Shown here in pieces: positions 1 to 11,441 of a stretch of DNA of 64,000 nt (its first letter is position 1; the number at the start of each line of letters is the position of its first letter). The notes below the pieces were generated by a model that saw nothing but the letters and a program-made list of their open reading frames with translations, made no database searches and had not been told where the DNA came from. The position numbers and the translations under genes are program-made. Origin of the DNA: Phaeosaccion multiseriatum (taxonomy: Eukaryota > Protista > Ochrophyta, other classes); contig OZ218953.1 in NCBI GenBank assembly GCA_965112735.1, positions 3,534,001 through 3,598,000 of the forward strand. The letters run 5' to 3'.

Positions 1-42
1 CCGTCTGTGCTGCCCCTGTCCCCTGTGTGTGCTGCACTACAG

Positions 43-169
43 GCGGTTTCATCGACGACGTGGAGCTGTTCGACAACGCCTTCTTCGGCATCTCCGCGGC
101 CGAGGCGGCGGCTATGGACCCCTCCCAGCGCCTCATGCTCGAGACTTCCTACAAGGTGAGTGAGGGGTA

Positions 170-201
<32 letters not shown>

Positions 202-3200
202 CAAGAGTACATTTTTTTGGACGCAGATTAAAAGTAAGAAGTGGAAAGCCTGTCTGCCTATCTGCCTGTCTGCCTGTCTGCCTGCCTGTCTGCTTGCCTG
301 CCTGTCTGCCTGCCTGAATATCTACCTGCCTGTCTGTCTGCCTGCCTGAATGCCTGCCTGCCTGTCTGTCTGCCTGCCTGTCTGTCTGTCTGTCTGTCTG
401 TCTGTCTCCCTGTCTGCTCGCCTGTCTGGCTGACTGGCTGGTTGGCTCGCCGCCCCTCCTTCCGGCCGGCCTGCCTGCCTGCCTGCATGCTCCTCACCAA
501 GAGAATAAATCTAAACCTCTGTGTGACCTTGAACTTCAAACAAACTTTAAACAGGCCCTGCATGCGGCCGGGTTTCCGGGCCGGCACGCTCTTCGGGGAC
601 AGAAAGTGGGTGTTTTTGTGGGTATGGCGGGTAGCGACTGGGCCGCCCTGGAGCACAAGGTGGCGCACGGCAAGGCAGTGAGCGGCAGCAGTAAGGCAGT
701 GAGCGGCAGCAGTAAGGCAGTGAGCGCCCCTCCCTCGGGCTACTCCGTCGTGGGCAGCTGCCCCGGCTGCGTGGCGGGCCGCGTCTCACAGAGCTTGGGT
801 CTCACGGGCCCAAGTCAGACCCTGTGCGCGGCATGTCCATCCTCGCTGGTGGCGCTGGATGCGGCATGCAACAACCTGGTATTGGGGCGGTGCTCGGCGG
901 CGGTGGTGGGGGGCGTGAACCTGCTGCTGCATCCAGATACCTTCCACTCGCTGGGAAGGGCCGGTCTGCTCTCCAAGCGACGGTAAGTGCGGGAGTCAGT
1001 GAGTGAGTGAGTGAGTCAATGAGTGAGTGAGTGTGTGAGTGTGTGAGTGTGTGAGTGTGTGAGTGAGTGAGTGAGTGAGTGAGTGAGTGAGTGAGTGTGT
1101 GTGTGTGTGAGTGAGTGAGTTAAATAACGAGGGAAAGTCAGTGGGCAGTCGTCCGTATGCCTCGCCTCACTGCATGCCCCTTCCGACCCCTTTCCGACCA
1201 CACACAGCCGCTGCAAGTCGTTCGACGCTTGCGCCGACGGTTACGTGCGGGCCGAGGGCTGCGGCGCTATCGTTGTGAAACGCCTCGACGACGCTGTGGC
1301 GGCGGGGGACAACGTACTCGCGGTCATCAAAGCCACAGCCGTCAGCCACAACGGAGCAAGCGCCTCCCTCGCGGCGCCCAAGGGACAGGCCATGCAGAGT
1401 GCGGCTAGGGACGCACTGGCCCGAGGGGGCTTACATGGTACGGAGGTGAGCTACGTGGAGGCACACGGTACCGGCTCCAAGCTGGGGGACGCCATCGAGA
1501 TGGGTGAGTGTGTGAGGTATAGCAGAGGGGGGAGGATGAGGGAGCAGAGGAGAGGCGGGAGGAGGGAGTAGAGGAGAGGGGTGGGGGTGAGCGGGTTTAG
1601 GAGAGTAGGGGTGGACGACGGAACACAGGATAGGGGTGGATGAGTACGTACAGTACAGCAATGGGGGGTGGGTGGAGGAGTGCACTACAGCAGAGGGGGG
1701 TGGGCGAGTGGGTGGATGAGTGCAGCAGAGAGGGGTAGGTGAGTGCAGCAGTGGGGATGGGTAAGGGACCAGGCAAGGACGACGTGGGGTTGTGGGAGGT
1801 GCAGAAGAGAGGGCGGGCAGCAGTGACAAAGCGACTTGACACCCTGTTCTCTCAAACTCTCACGTCACGCGCCGCATGTGTGCACTTGTGCTCTTGCTTT
1901 TGCTTTTGCTTTGTCTCCTCCTCCTCATGCAGGGGCTCTTAAGGCCGTGTTCGCCCCTTCCGACCGGCCTCTCCGCTCGCCCCTCGTGGTTGGGTCGGTC
2001 AAGAGCTCCCTGGGCCACATGGAGGGTGCCTCGGGTATGGCACAGCTCATCAAGGCCGTGTTGGTGCTCCGGCTCGGGCAAGCGCCGCCCAACCTGCACC
2101 TGTCTAGCCCAAGCGACAAGGTGGCTACCTTACTGAAGGGGGCACCCGTGCTTCTGCCCATGCCCAGCCCCGTATCCTCGGTTGGTAGCAGTGACGGGAG
2201 CGTTGGGAGTGATGACACAGGCAGCAGCGCGGACCTGTCTAGTCTCGGCAAGGGCACGACGACAATGACGGCCTTACGCTCCTTCTGCCGCGACGGGGAG
2301 AGCGTGGTGGCGACTGTCAATTCCTTTGGCGTGGGTGGGGTCAACGCACACGTCGTCCTCAGTAGTCCAGCACCATCCGAGGAGGAGTGGAGGCCCACAG
2401 AGCCTAGTGCAGCAGAAGGCACAGCAGGGGCAGGCACAGAGGAGATGCTCTCGGCGGAAGCGGCGATTACTCTGGCACAGCGGCCCTGGGAGGCCTTCGA
2501 GAGCAGGCGCTCGTTTCCTATCCCATGGGTGCGGGCCGGCGTCACATCGCCCCCGCTGTCGCCGCCGCAGGAGCAGCAGATGCAGCCTCCACCCTCCGCT
2601 CGACGCTGGAGACCTTTCGGGAGGCGAGCGACACAGCAAGTTCAAGGGGGAGAGCAACAAAAAGAGAAAGGCCAAGGCAGGGGCAGAGGCAAAGGCAGAG
2701 GCAGAACGCTTCTTGGCTTGAGCCGTGAGCTGCTCAACAGCGGTACCCCTCCCCCCTCTCCCACTGCCACCCCCGGCACCTTGGCTAGCGGCCCCAGTGT
2801 GGCATCCTCACCGCCGCACTCGGACAAGCAGCGTTTGGTCCTGCAGGCCCTCTCTCCCTTGCAGAGGGAGCAGGCCGTGAGGGCTATCGTCGCAGAGGCG
2901 CTGCAGCACGTGTCCGGAGGAGGCGCCGAGGAGCGCGTCGTCGAGGAGAGCATCACCGACGAGGGGGACATGGAGGAGGGGCGCATCGCCACACAGGTGC
3001 AGCAGCAACACCACCACCACGGGGACGACACGGACGTGAACATTGTGGAGGCGCTCTCGCATGACTCCATGGCCATCGCTGAGCTTGTGGCAAGGGTGGT
3101 GGACAGGGTACAAGGCGAAGGGGCCTGTGCCAGTACCAGTACCACGGCCGTCGCTTACTGCAACTCTGACATGCTGCCCTCCCCCCCCCGATGCGGCGGA

Positions 3201-6200
3201 GGGCTAAGAGAGGTGGTGACGGTGGCGGCGCTGTACGACATGCCCGGGCTTCAAGCCTTCGCCAGCTTTGTCAGCCACGCCTGCAGAGGAGGAGGACTAG
3301 CAGGGGGAGGAGGAGGAGGAGGAGGAGGAGGAGGAGGAGGAGGAGGAGGAGGAAGACTAGCAGGAGGAGCAAGGGGGCACGGAGGTGGAGAAGAAGAAGA
3401 CGGAGAAGCCTGGGCGCGGGCTGAGAAGGGCAGAGATTGGCAGGAGAGCGACTTCTTCCTCCCGCCTGGGCACAAGGCCCGCCCGCACTGCTCGGGGCCT
3501 CGCCTCTTTGTGGCGGCGACTCTGCAGCTCCTTGCGATGTTGTTGGTGCTCTCTCTGGTGCTCGTGCTGCTCGTCAGGGTGCCACTGAGCGTGGCGTGTT
3601 GGGTATCGGGCTACCCACTCCTCAACCTCTTCCAGGTACCGCTGAGGCGCTCGGTTCGTTGTGCGGTGTATTGCGTTATCCTGGCCTCGCCTCGTCCTTT
3701 TCTCTCTCTGTGTTGCTCCCATCGTGGGGTCGGCCTTTCTCACCCGCCTGCCCTCACATCTCCCTCACAAACCTCCCTCCCTCCCTCCCTCCCTCCCTCC
3801 CTCCCTCCCTCCCTCCCTCCCTCCCTCCCCCCCCCCCTCCCCTCTCTCTCTCTGGCCGCCCTTCTCGCCACTCTGCTGCTCCCCGCGCTGCTCTGACTGC
3901 TCCACAGGTGGTGAAGGTGCTTGCGCTGCAAGAGAGCATCACCGCCGACCTCGGCGCCGTGCGGGGAGAGCCCCTCCTAGACAACCCCTATGCTGCACTG
4001 CTGGTGTCGAGTCTCCTTGGAGCCGCCTCCTTCGTGCTTGTTGCGCTCTTCGCCGCGCCGCTCGTCAAGTGGGGGGTGGTGGGGCGCTACAGACCCGGTG
4101 TGTGCGCCGTCTACAGTGTTTTGCACCTGCGCTGGTGAGTGAGTGGGCGTAACACGAGCTGAGAAGTTTGAGTTTGAGCGAGGTGGAAGGGGCGGATTGA
4201 TGGTTCGAGAGGTGGAGCGACTGACTAGCAGCCAACCCAGCTGCTTGCATCTCTTGCCCCCTCCCCTCTTCGTGCTGCTGCTGCTGCTGCTGCTGCTTGC
4301 CCCACTTCCTGCCTGCCTCATTTCCACACCGTCTGACTCGCCTGCTCGTAAAAACCTCGATATGCTCTCCCGCCTCCACGCTCCTCCTCCTCCTGGACTC
4401 ACATCACCTTATCACAGTTGGCTCGTCGAACGGTACCTGGAGACAGTCTTCTACCCCATCGTGCAGATGCTGCTGCCCGACTCCGTGCTGCTCGTGCCCC
4501 TCTACCGCCTCATGGGTGCCTCCATTGGAAGGGGCTGCGACCTCACCGGGGTGCGGCTGAGCGAGTTTGACCTTGTATGCATCGGAGACAATTGCTCCAT
4601 CAGCAGTAGAGCCGTCCTGCAGCCCAAGACCCTCGTTGGTGATATGCAGATGAGCTTCGACGAGGTGAGTGAGTGAGTGAGTGAGTGAGTGAGTGGGTGG
4701 GTGGAGGCATACAGGCATACAAGCATATAGGTATATCGACTGGTGGACAGGTGGCCAGAAGCCGGCCCCCTTTTGCTTTCCCGTTTCGATAGATTCTCAC
4801 ACACTCTCGCATCACCCCCCTCCCCCCCCCCCCCCCCATATACACACGCGCACACGCACACACGCACACGCACACACACACGCACACACCCACACGCACA
4901 CGCACACACGCACACACATATCCGCCCGCCCGAATCCTCTCGCAGGTGAGGATCGGTTCAAATTGCCACCTTGACACCGCTTGCATCGTGCATGGCGGGG
5001 CCGAGCTCGAGGAGGGCGTCATGCTCGCGGTTCGCGCTGCGGTGCCTCCCGGTGCCACGCTGGCCGGCGCACGCACCTACCAAGGCAGCCCTGCGGTGAC
5101 CGTCTCGGGCCCAACCCCCTACTCGCCCTGCCCGACCCGGCCTGCGCTGGACGTTTGGCAGTCTCTGCTGCAGCAGGTGCTCCTCCTCGTTGGATATTTG
5201 GTTTTGTTCGTGCCAGGCTTGCTGCTGGTGACCGCGCTACAGCTGGAGGCGTCCGACCGGGTACACGGAGGCCGCTACGTGGGGCTCGTGCTGCTCCTCC
5301 TCGGGGCTGTGGTGGTGAGCGTGGTGGCCGTGTTGGTGAGCGTGCTCCTCAAATGGCTGCTTGTGGGCAGGCTCAAGACGGGTACCAACACCGCCCGCCA
5401 CATGAGTCGGTTCGGCCGGGCCGCTCGGGAAACTGCCAATCGACTCATCCTGGTGAGCGAGCCCCTCTTGCTGCAGTACTTTCACTTCACGGGCCTCTTG
5501 GCGCTGTACTACCGCATGCTGGGGGCCTCCATTTCGCTCAGCGCCGTGCTCAGCACCGGAGTCGTGCTGTCCGATCCGGACACGCTCTGTATCGGAGACA
5601 ATGCCTTCCTCGGGGGAGGCGCTGCGCTGCTCACAGAGACGAGCGACGGCACCATCGAGGGGTGCGTCGTGGGAGAAGGGACCAACTGCGGAGACCAGAG
5701 CATTGTCGGGGCCGGAGCTCACATTGGCGCACACGCACTCGTCACTTCGCGCTCTTGGGTGGCGGAGGGGACCAAGGTACCCAACAGGGCGACCCTGACG
5801 GGGCTGCCTGGCCGGCCTACGACGAGGGGGTGGAGGAAGGGCGAGAGGAGGACAGAGGAGGGGGAGGGGGGGGGGAGAGGCACCAGCCGTGGCGTACCCA
5901 CGGGATGTGTGACGCTGCAGGCCCTGCTCATCGCCGTGGCCCACCTCGCTCGCGTGTTGCTGTGCGCAATGGCGGCGTGGGAGGGGCTGGAGGCCTTGCA
6001 GCCGCCTATCCACGCCTGGTACCAACAGCACGCCTACCGCCAAGAAGAAGGGGGGGCCAGCCAGAGCCACCATGGCGCCCTTGCCTTCCTTGCCCCTGCT
6101 CAGCGGGCCATTTGGTGCCGTTTCGACTGGCAGACGTTGGCGCTGCCCCTTGCCTATCTGGCCTACCTGCTTCTTGGCTGCTGCACCAATGTGTTGGCCA

Positions 6201-6742
6201 AGTGGCTCGTGGGTAGGCACGAAGAGGGAACGCGGGGGATGGGCAGCTGCTGGGGACTGAGCTATCACCGCTTCGTGGGCTTTGCGGATCTGGGGCGAGG
6301 TTTCCCGGCCTGGATGCTGGGCACCCCCCTGTACCCGTTGTACCTCAGAGTCATGGGAGCTAGGGTGGCCCCGTCCTGCTACACGGAGACGGCCTGGCTC
6401 TTTGATGTGGAGCTCCTCACTGTAGGGGAGGGCAGCATGCTGGCCAGGGACGCCAACCTGTCGCCGCACAACATCCAGATGGGCGAGTGCGAGCTGCTGC
6501 CTGTGAAAGTGGGCCACTCGTGCGTGGTGGGAGTGTTGAGTCGCCTGGTGGGCGGATGCACCCTCAAGCCGGGCGTTGTCGTGGGAGACAATTCTCGACC
6601 CAGCAAGGGACAGATCATCCGCTCCATTGGAGCAGGAGCAGGAGAGGTCTCCGAGTCGGGAGGCCAGCGGAGCAGCGGAGAGTGGCAGTACGCGGGCGTG
6701 CCCATGAAGCCCTGTGTTGCGATGGCCTATGGGGGCTGCTGA
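43..6742 (+). CDS. Type I polyketide synthase, 3' portion (5' end outside window): KS - ACP - Pls/TIGR02353-like membrane terminal domain. Exons 43-155, 555-982, 1208-1503, 1933-3635, 3908-4134, 4418-4664, 4946-6742
   Basis: GT-AG junctions join in frame. KS motifs: [35 protein letters not shown] (catalytic Cys), [53 protein letters not shown]-like HDSMAIAEL (Ser codon 3066-3068). Three repeats of hydrophobic helices + KW..GR + YR.(M/L)GA + hexapeptide LbH ([24 protein letters not shown]). Confidence 0.9.
672..726 (+). repeat. In-frame 21-bp tandem repeat (~2.6 copies, KAVSGSS) inside the KS domain
   Basis: aaggcagtgagcggcagcagt at 672 and 693, partial copy at 714. Confidence 0.9.
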
Positions 6743-7682
6743 GAGGATCTGAGGAGGAGACTCTCCCGAGGACGGGGGGGTTTGGGTTTCGCACGTTAAG
6801 GATATTTGCATGTATGTAGGGAGGGAGGGAGGTGGGAAGTAGGAAGTGTGTGTCGTACCGAAGGGTGTTGTTGGCATTCATTCGTTGTATCATATCTAAA
6901 GGAGTGGAAGAGAGTTGGAACTGGGAAGAAGTGGCCGATCGTTTCGGGCACGGCTTTTTGAAATGGTCGAGGCACCTGTATAGCTAGCATGTAGTCAGGG
7001 TAGTCAGGGTCAGGGTCAGTGTACACGTCAGGACCCGCAGCCCCTTACTCACATGTGGTACTATTTGCATTTGATCTCACATGTTGTGTGAGATACGTCG
7101 GGGGAAGATTGTGAGGGCTCGTGGAACAGCTCGAGGAATCGATTACAGATCAAGGAAGTGAGTTACAAAGTCACTTTGACGTATGGCACCGTGGTAATCG
7201 AGGAAAATATGAGAGCCCACGAACTCAAAAAGCACTGCGTCCCACACTCTTTGGCCATTTTCTTTTATGCCGCGAGCGAATTGGGAATTGGAGTGGTTCA
7301 CAGAAGTAGCGATAGGCGATAGACCGTCTGCTGTGTGTGCTTGGGCGCACGATCCCCCAGGCCCTAGCACGACTCGACACACACATGTAAAACACTTTGC
7401 TATTACAAAAGATTACGTATACTAACGACAAAAGAAGGGATCGCGCGCGCACGCACACAGATCAGAGGCACGGTTAGACTTGATAGGCAAGTCACAAAGA
7501 AAGGGAAGGGGGCTAAGATACGCATTTCTAAACTAATGATAAGTGGGCGAAGGTTACTACCAAAGCAAGCAGCACGCACGCACGCGCGTTGGAGAGCAAC
7601 GGGAAAGTGGGCCACCCGCAAACCCCAATCACACCCAGATGGCACCAAACACCAAAAAAGTGCTCTCTTTGGGCAGTTGGGG

Positions 7683-9116
7683 ATGGTATCTCTCTGGATT
7701 CTCTGGATTCTACTGCTCTTTCTCGTTGGAGGAGAGTGCAGTGAACAGCAAGCTCCAGGGAAGGCGCCCACGCAACATCAGCGGGAGCAGGGAAGGGAAG
7801 AGCAGCCCTCCACGTCCTTCACTACAACCTGCTGTGGGCAGGTGGACATCTCTGTTCCGAGGCTGGGGGAGGGCGGAGCAGGTGGAAGCAATGCGGCCAA
7901 AGATGGTGAGGGGATGAGCAGGGCGGCTCGCATACATGGCATCAGCCTGCCGGAGGAGGGGCGGCCGACGAGCGAGAAGTCGGTGCTCATCCTGTATGCA
8001 TATCACGAGGGATCTGCTCAGGGGGGCGCCCGAGACAACCTCGTCTTCTTTCTCAGGGTCGGCTTGCTTGAAAACCCGCGATACCAGGTTAGCAGCAAAG
8101 AGTGGGCTCGGTTCATGCTGAGGGACGGGTAGAATTTGTCCGGCCAGGCCACTGAATCCCGATCGACCCCCTGTCATACCCTTGCCTGCGGCTGGACGCT
8201 TGCTTGCCCCCAGTTCGTCTTCGTCGTAAACGGGTGCCACACTGTGATGTTTCCCACGAGCCTGCCCAACGTGCATCTTCTGGAGAGGGAGAACGAGTGC
8301 TTCGACCAAGGAGGGTGGTCGGCCGGCATCGACTACATGCACCGCTGGCAGGAGCAGAAGCGGCAGGAGCAGAGTCAACGGGGGTCAAAGGAGCAGGAGT
8401 CGCAGGGGAAGGGGCAGGGCTTCGACTTCTACGTGTTGCTGAATGGCTCTGTGCGCGGCCCGTTCATGCCCCGCTGGGCCTCTGAGCAGGACTGGGTACG
8501 CGTGCTGCTGGCGCCGCTGAGCGAGAGAGTCAAGCTGGTGGGCACTACCTTCAACTGCATGAGTGACCCAGAGAGGTGAGCCCAGTCCGTCCGGTGCCTT
8601 CGCTTCGGGGCCTGTCCGAATGTTGAGGCTCTGCGGATGAGCACAGGACTGCTGCCTGGGAGGGACGCTCACACCCACACTCTCACTTACACTCACGCTC
8701 ACTCACACTCCTACAATCACCCTATTGACACTCACACGCACAACCCCCCGGCGCCGCTTGGCCTCTCCTCTCCATCAGAGCGCATCTCCAGTCCATGGTC
8801 CTCGCCACTGACGCCACAGGTATGCGCACCGTGCTCCGACAGCGCCTGCGGGCGTGCGAACAAGAGCAACAGTTGGGGATACAGCAGGACCAACAGGGCC
8901 AACAAGGACAGAGCCAGGCACAGGGCTGGACCAAGGACGATGCAGTGGACTACGGAGAGGTGCTCTACTCGCAGGCCTTCCTCCGGGCCGGGTATGCTCT
9001 GCACTCCCTCATGCTTGCCTACCGCCGCCTGCCTCACATCGCCTGGGACAACTGGCCGCAAGTGCAGCAGGTGCGTTGCCTTGGTTGCATGCGTACGCTT
9101 AAGGGGGGGGGGGGGA

Positions 9117-9182
<66 letters not shown>

Positions 9183-9186
9183 GGCC

Positions 9187-9242
<56 letters not shown>

Positions 9243-9885
9243 CCTTGAGCGGTGGAAGCTGTATGCGTGCATGCAGGCTGTGGGAGCAGCCTGCAGAAGG
9301 GCGGGGCGGGTAATGGATGATGAGTAGAGGGTTGGGCACTTTGTTTGCTCACGTTCAACAAAGTACCCTGCTTGTCCACCTCCACCTTCTGCTGCCCCCT
9401 CCCAACTGGCGACTACTAACCAATCCCCTTTCCCTTTCCCCATGTGTGTGTGTGTGTGTGCGCGTGTGTGTGTGTTTGCGTGTGTCGGCTGTGGGTAGGT
9501 GTGTGACGAGCTGGATAGGCACTTGGTCACCGCCACTGGAGAGAGCGTACATGACCCCTATTCCTCACACCCTGACGATAGAAGGCTGCTCAGCGGTGGC
9601 GGAGGTGGGGGCTGCGTGCCCCCTCGGCAAGAGCAGGGGGGGCAGGAGGGGCAGGAGGGGCAGGAGGGGCAGGGTGGAGGGAGGAGGGCGGGCGGCGAGG
9701 TTTACCCTCCGGCGTGTCTACCCCCCGTGCCCCTGCCCCACCCCCTGGAGGTGATGTTCGTCAAGACCAATCGAGAGGTCCACACAGAGGCGGTGGCGGC
9801 CTACTCTCGCTGGGCACTGGCGGATCGCCCGCCGGGGGTGGGGGGAGTCGCAGACTTGGTCTCTCCGGAGAAGGGGATGTGCTGA
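7683..9885 (+). CDS. Secreted/ER-targeted RgpF (rhamnan synthesis F)-like putative glycosyltransferase. Exons 7683-8087, 8214-8575, 8779-9070, 9499-9885
   Basis: Signal peptide MVSLWILWILLLFLVGG. Motifs LILYAYHE..NLVFFL, RENECFDQGGW, VLLNGSVRGPF, KLVGTTFNC, HLQSMVLATD, EVLYSQAFL, PLEVMFVKTNR resemble an RgpF-like family I recall from algae, fungi and giant viruses. Splice sites join in frame. Confidence 0.65.
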
Positions 9886-11295
9886 AGTGATCGAATGCAT
9901 CACATCACCCAACACCAACCCCCCTGTACGCGGGGTGCCGAGGGTGAAGTGTTGTGTGTGGAGGTGTTGACTGCTCCCGAACGGCGGCCCTGCGTGGGCA
10001 AGCTGTGCCCCTGTGACTTGTAAGGGCTTCGGCACTGACGGAAGGACGGACTGACGGGGGGGCGGACGGACGGACGGACGGACGGACGGGCGGGCTACTG
10101 CCTTGTGCATGCGGCACACACTGCACATCTGTGACCGAGACACCACGTGCATCAGGTGCCTCTGCCGCCGCCTCCTCCTCCTCCTCCTCCTCCTCCTCCT
10201 CCTCCTCCTCCACTACCACCACCACCACCTCTCCTCCTCCTCCTCCTCCTCCTCCTCCTCCCCTTATGAGGGGTCTGAGGCGAGGCTGCCCGTTGCGATT
10301 GATGGACATGGTCACTTCGCCCTCCTTGGCAACGGCTGTGGCTCCTCAAAGGATTGTCCTGACTGACCTCCCTCTGTCGCACACACACACACAGAGAGAG
10401 AGAGAGTGAGAGAGAAAGTCACCCTCAGGGGCAGCATCACACAGAGAAAGAGCATGTGCCTGAGCGAGTAGTCGTGGAAGGGGGGGGGGAGGAAAGAAGG
10501 AAAGACAAGCCCCTCCTGCTCCTTCGCTCCTGCTCCTCCCATGTGGCGCACGAGCTTAGCTCAGGCTCTAAAGGTGTTAGGCGGCACTCCTTGACGGCAC
10601 CACTCGGCTCCGCTCTCTTGGGGAGCGCTGCCGCTGCCGCCTCTCTTGACGGATGGAGAGATGCCGTACATACGCTTTCTGCTTCTGCTTCTTGCTTCTG
10701 CTCTTCTGGCAGTCGGGCACTTGTCTTCGTGGGGCCCAGCAGGGTGGAAGGGTGGGCGGGGGCCCTCCTCGGCACATGAGGCATGTGGCTCGCTGCTGAT
10801 ACCCACTAAGGACAGCATCTCCTTCGCTCTAGTCACTCTACTAATTAATTTTTTATTTTATTTTTTAATTTAATTTTAAAATTAAAAAAAAATTACTGAA
10901 ATAGATTAAAGTAGCCAAACAACAAGGGGGCGCTGAGCCCCTCCCAATGTAATGCAACACACAATAATACGTCCTAAGCAACGATCCAACCGTCTAGTTA
11001 TGTATAACGGGCCCAGACCAGCAGCGCATCGACCCGCACCCCCCTTCCTTCCCCTTCCTTTTCTTCTCTACAGGTTTGTAGCGACTCGAGTCGCTGTCCT
11101 CAAGAGGGTCTCGTCTCCACACTCACCTCCTCTGAGAGGTGGGTGGAGACAAAGACAACTATGAAATTAGTGCCTCCCCTTCGCCCCCGCGTCTCGCCTC
11201 CGCTGTCTATGAAATTCACTCCTCTCCACCCCACCTTTACCCCGACTCACCCCACTCCACGCCACCCCGCCCCACTCCACTCAACTCGGCTAGAC

Positions 11296-11441
11296 ACTCG
11301 ACTTGACACCCCACTCGACACTCGTGCACTAGTTAGTCCTCTACATGTGCCAACTTAGAAGGGCGGAGTACTCGACTTGAACACCCCACTCGACAATCGT
11401 GTACTAGTTAGTCCTCTACATGTGCCAACTTAGAAGGGCGG
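11296..11441. repeat. Tandem duplication (~72-bp unit, 2 copies) spanning the AIF stop codon and proximal 3' UTR
   Basis: actcgacttga(a)caccccactcgaca.tcgtg.actagttagtcctctacatgtgccaacttagaagggcgg at 11296-11366 and 11370-11441. Confidence 0.9.

Noticed and set aside
170-500. ORFs with [12 protein letters not shown] repeats (also at 9117-9240, 14150-14360 and 26400-26520)
   Set aside because: Tetranucleotide microsatellites in introns; not coding.
5237-6877. 546-aa antisense ORF over the PKS last exon (similar shadows over other genes)
   Set aside because: Expected antisense shadow of GC-rich coding sequence, with no motifs.
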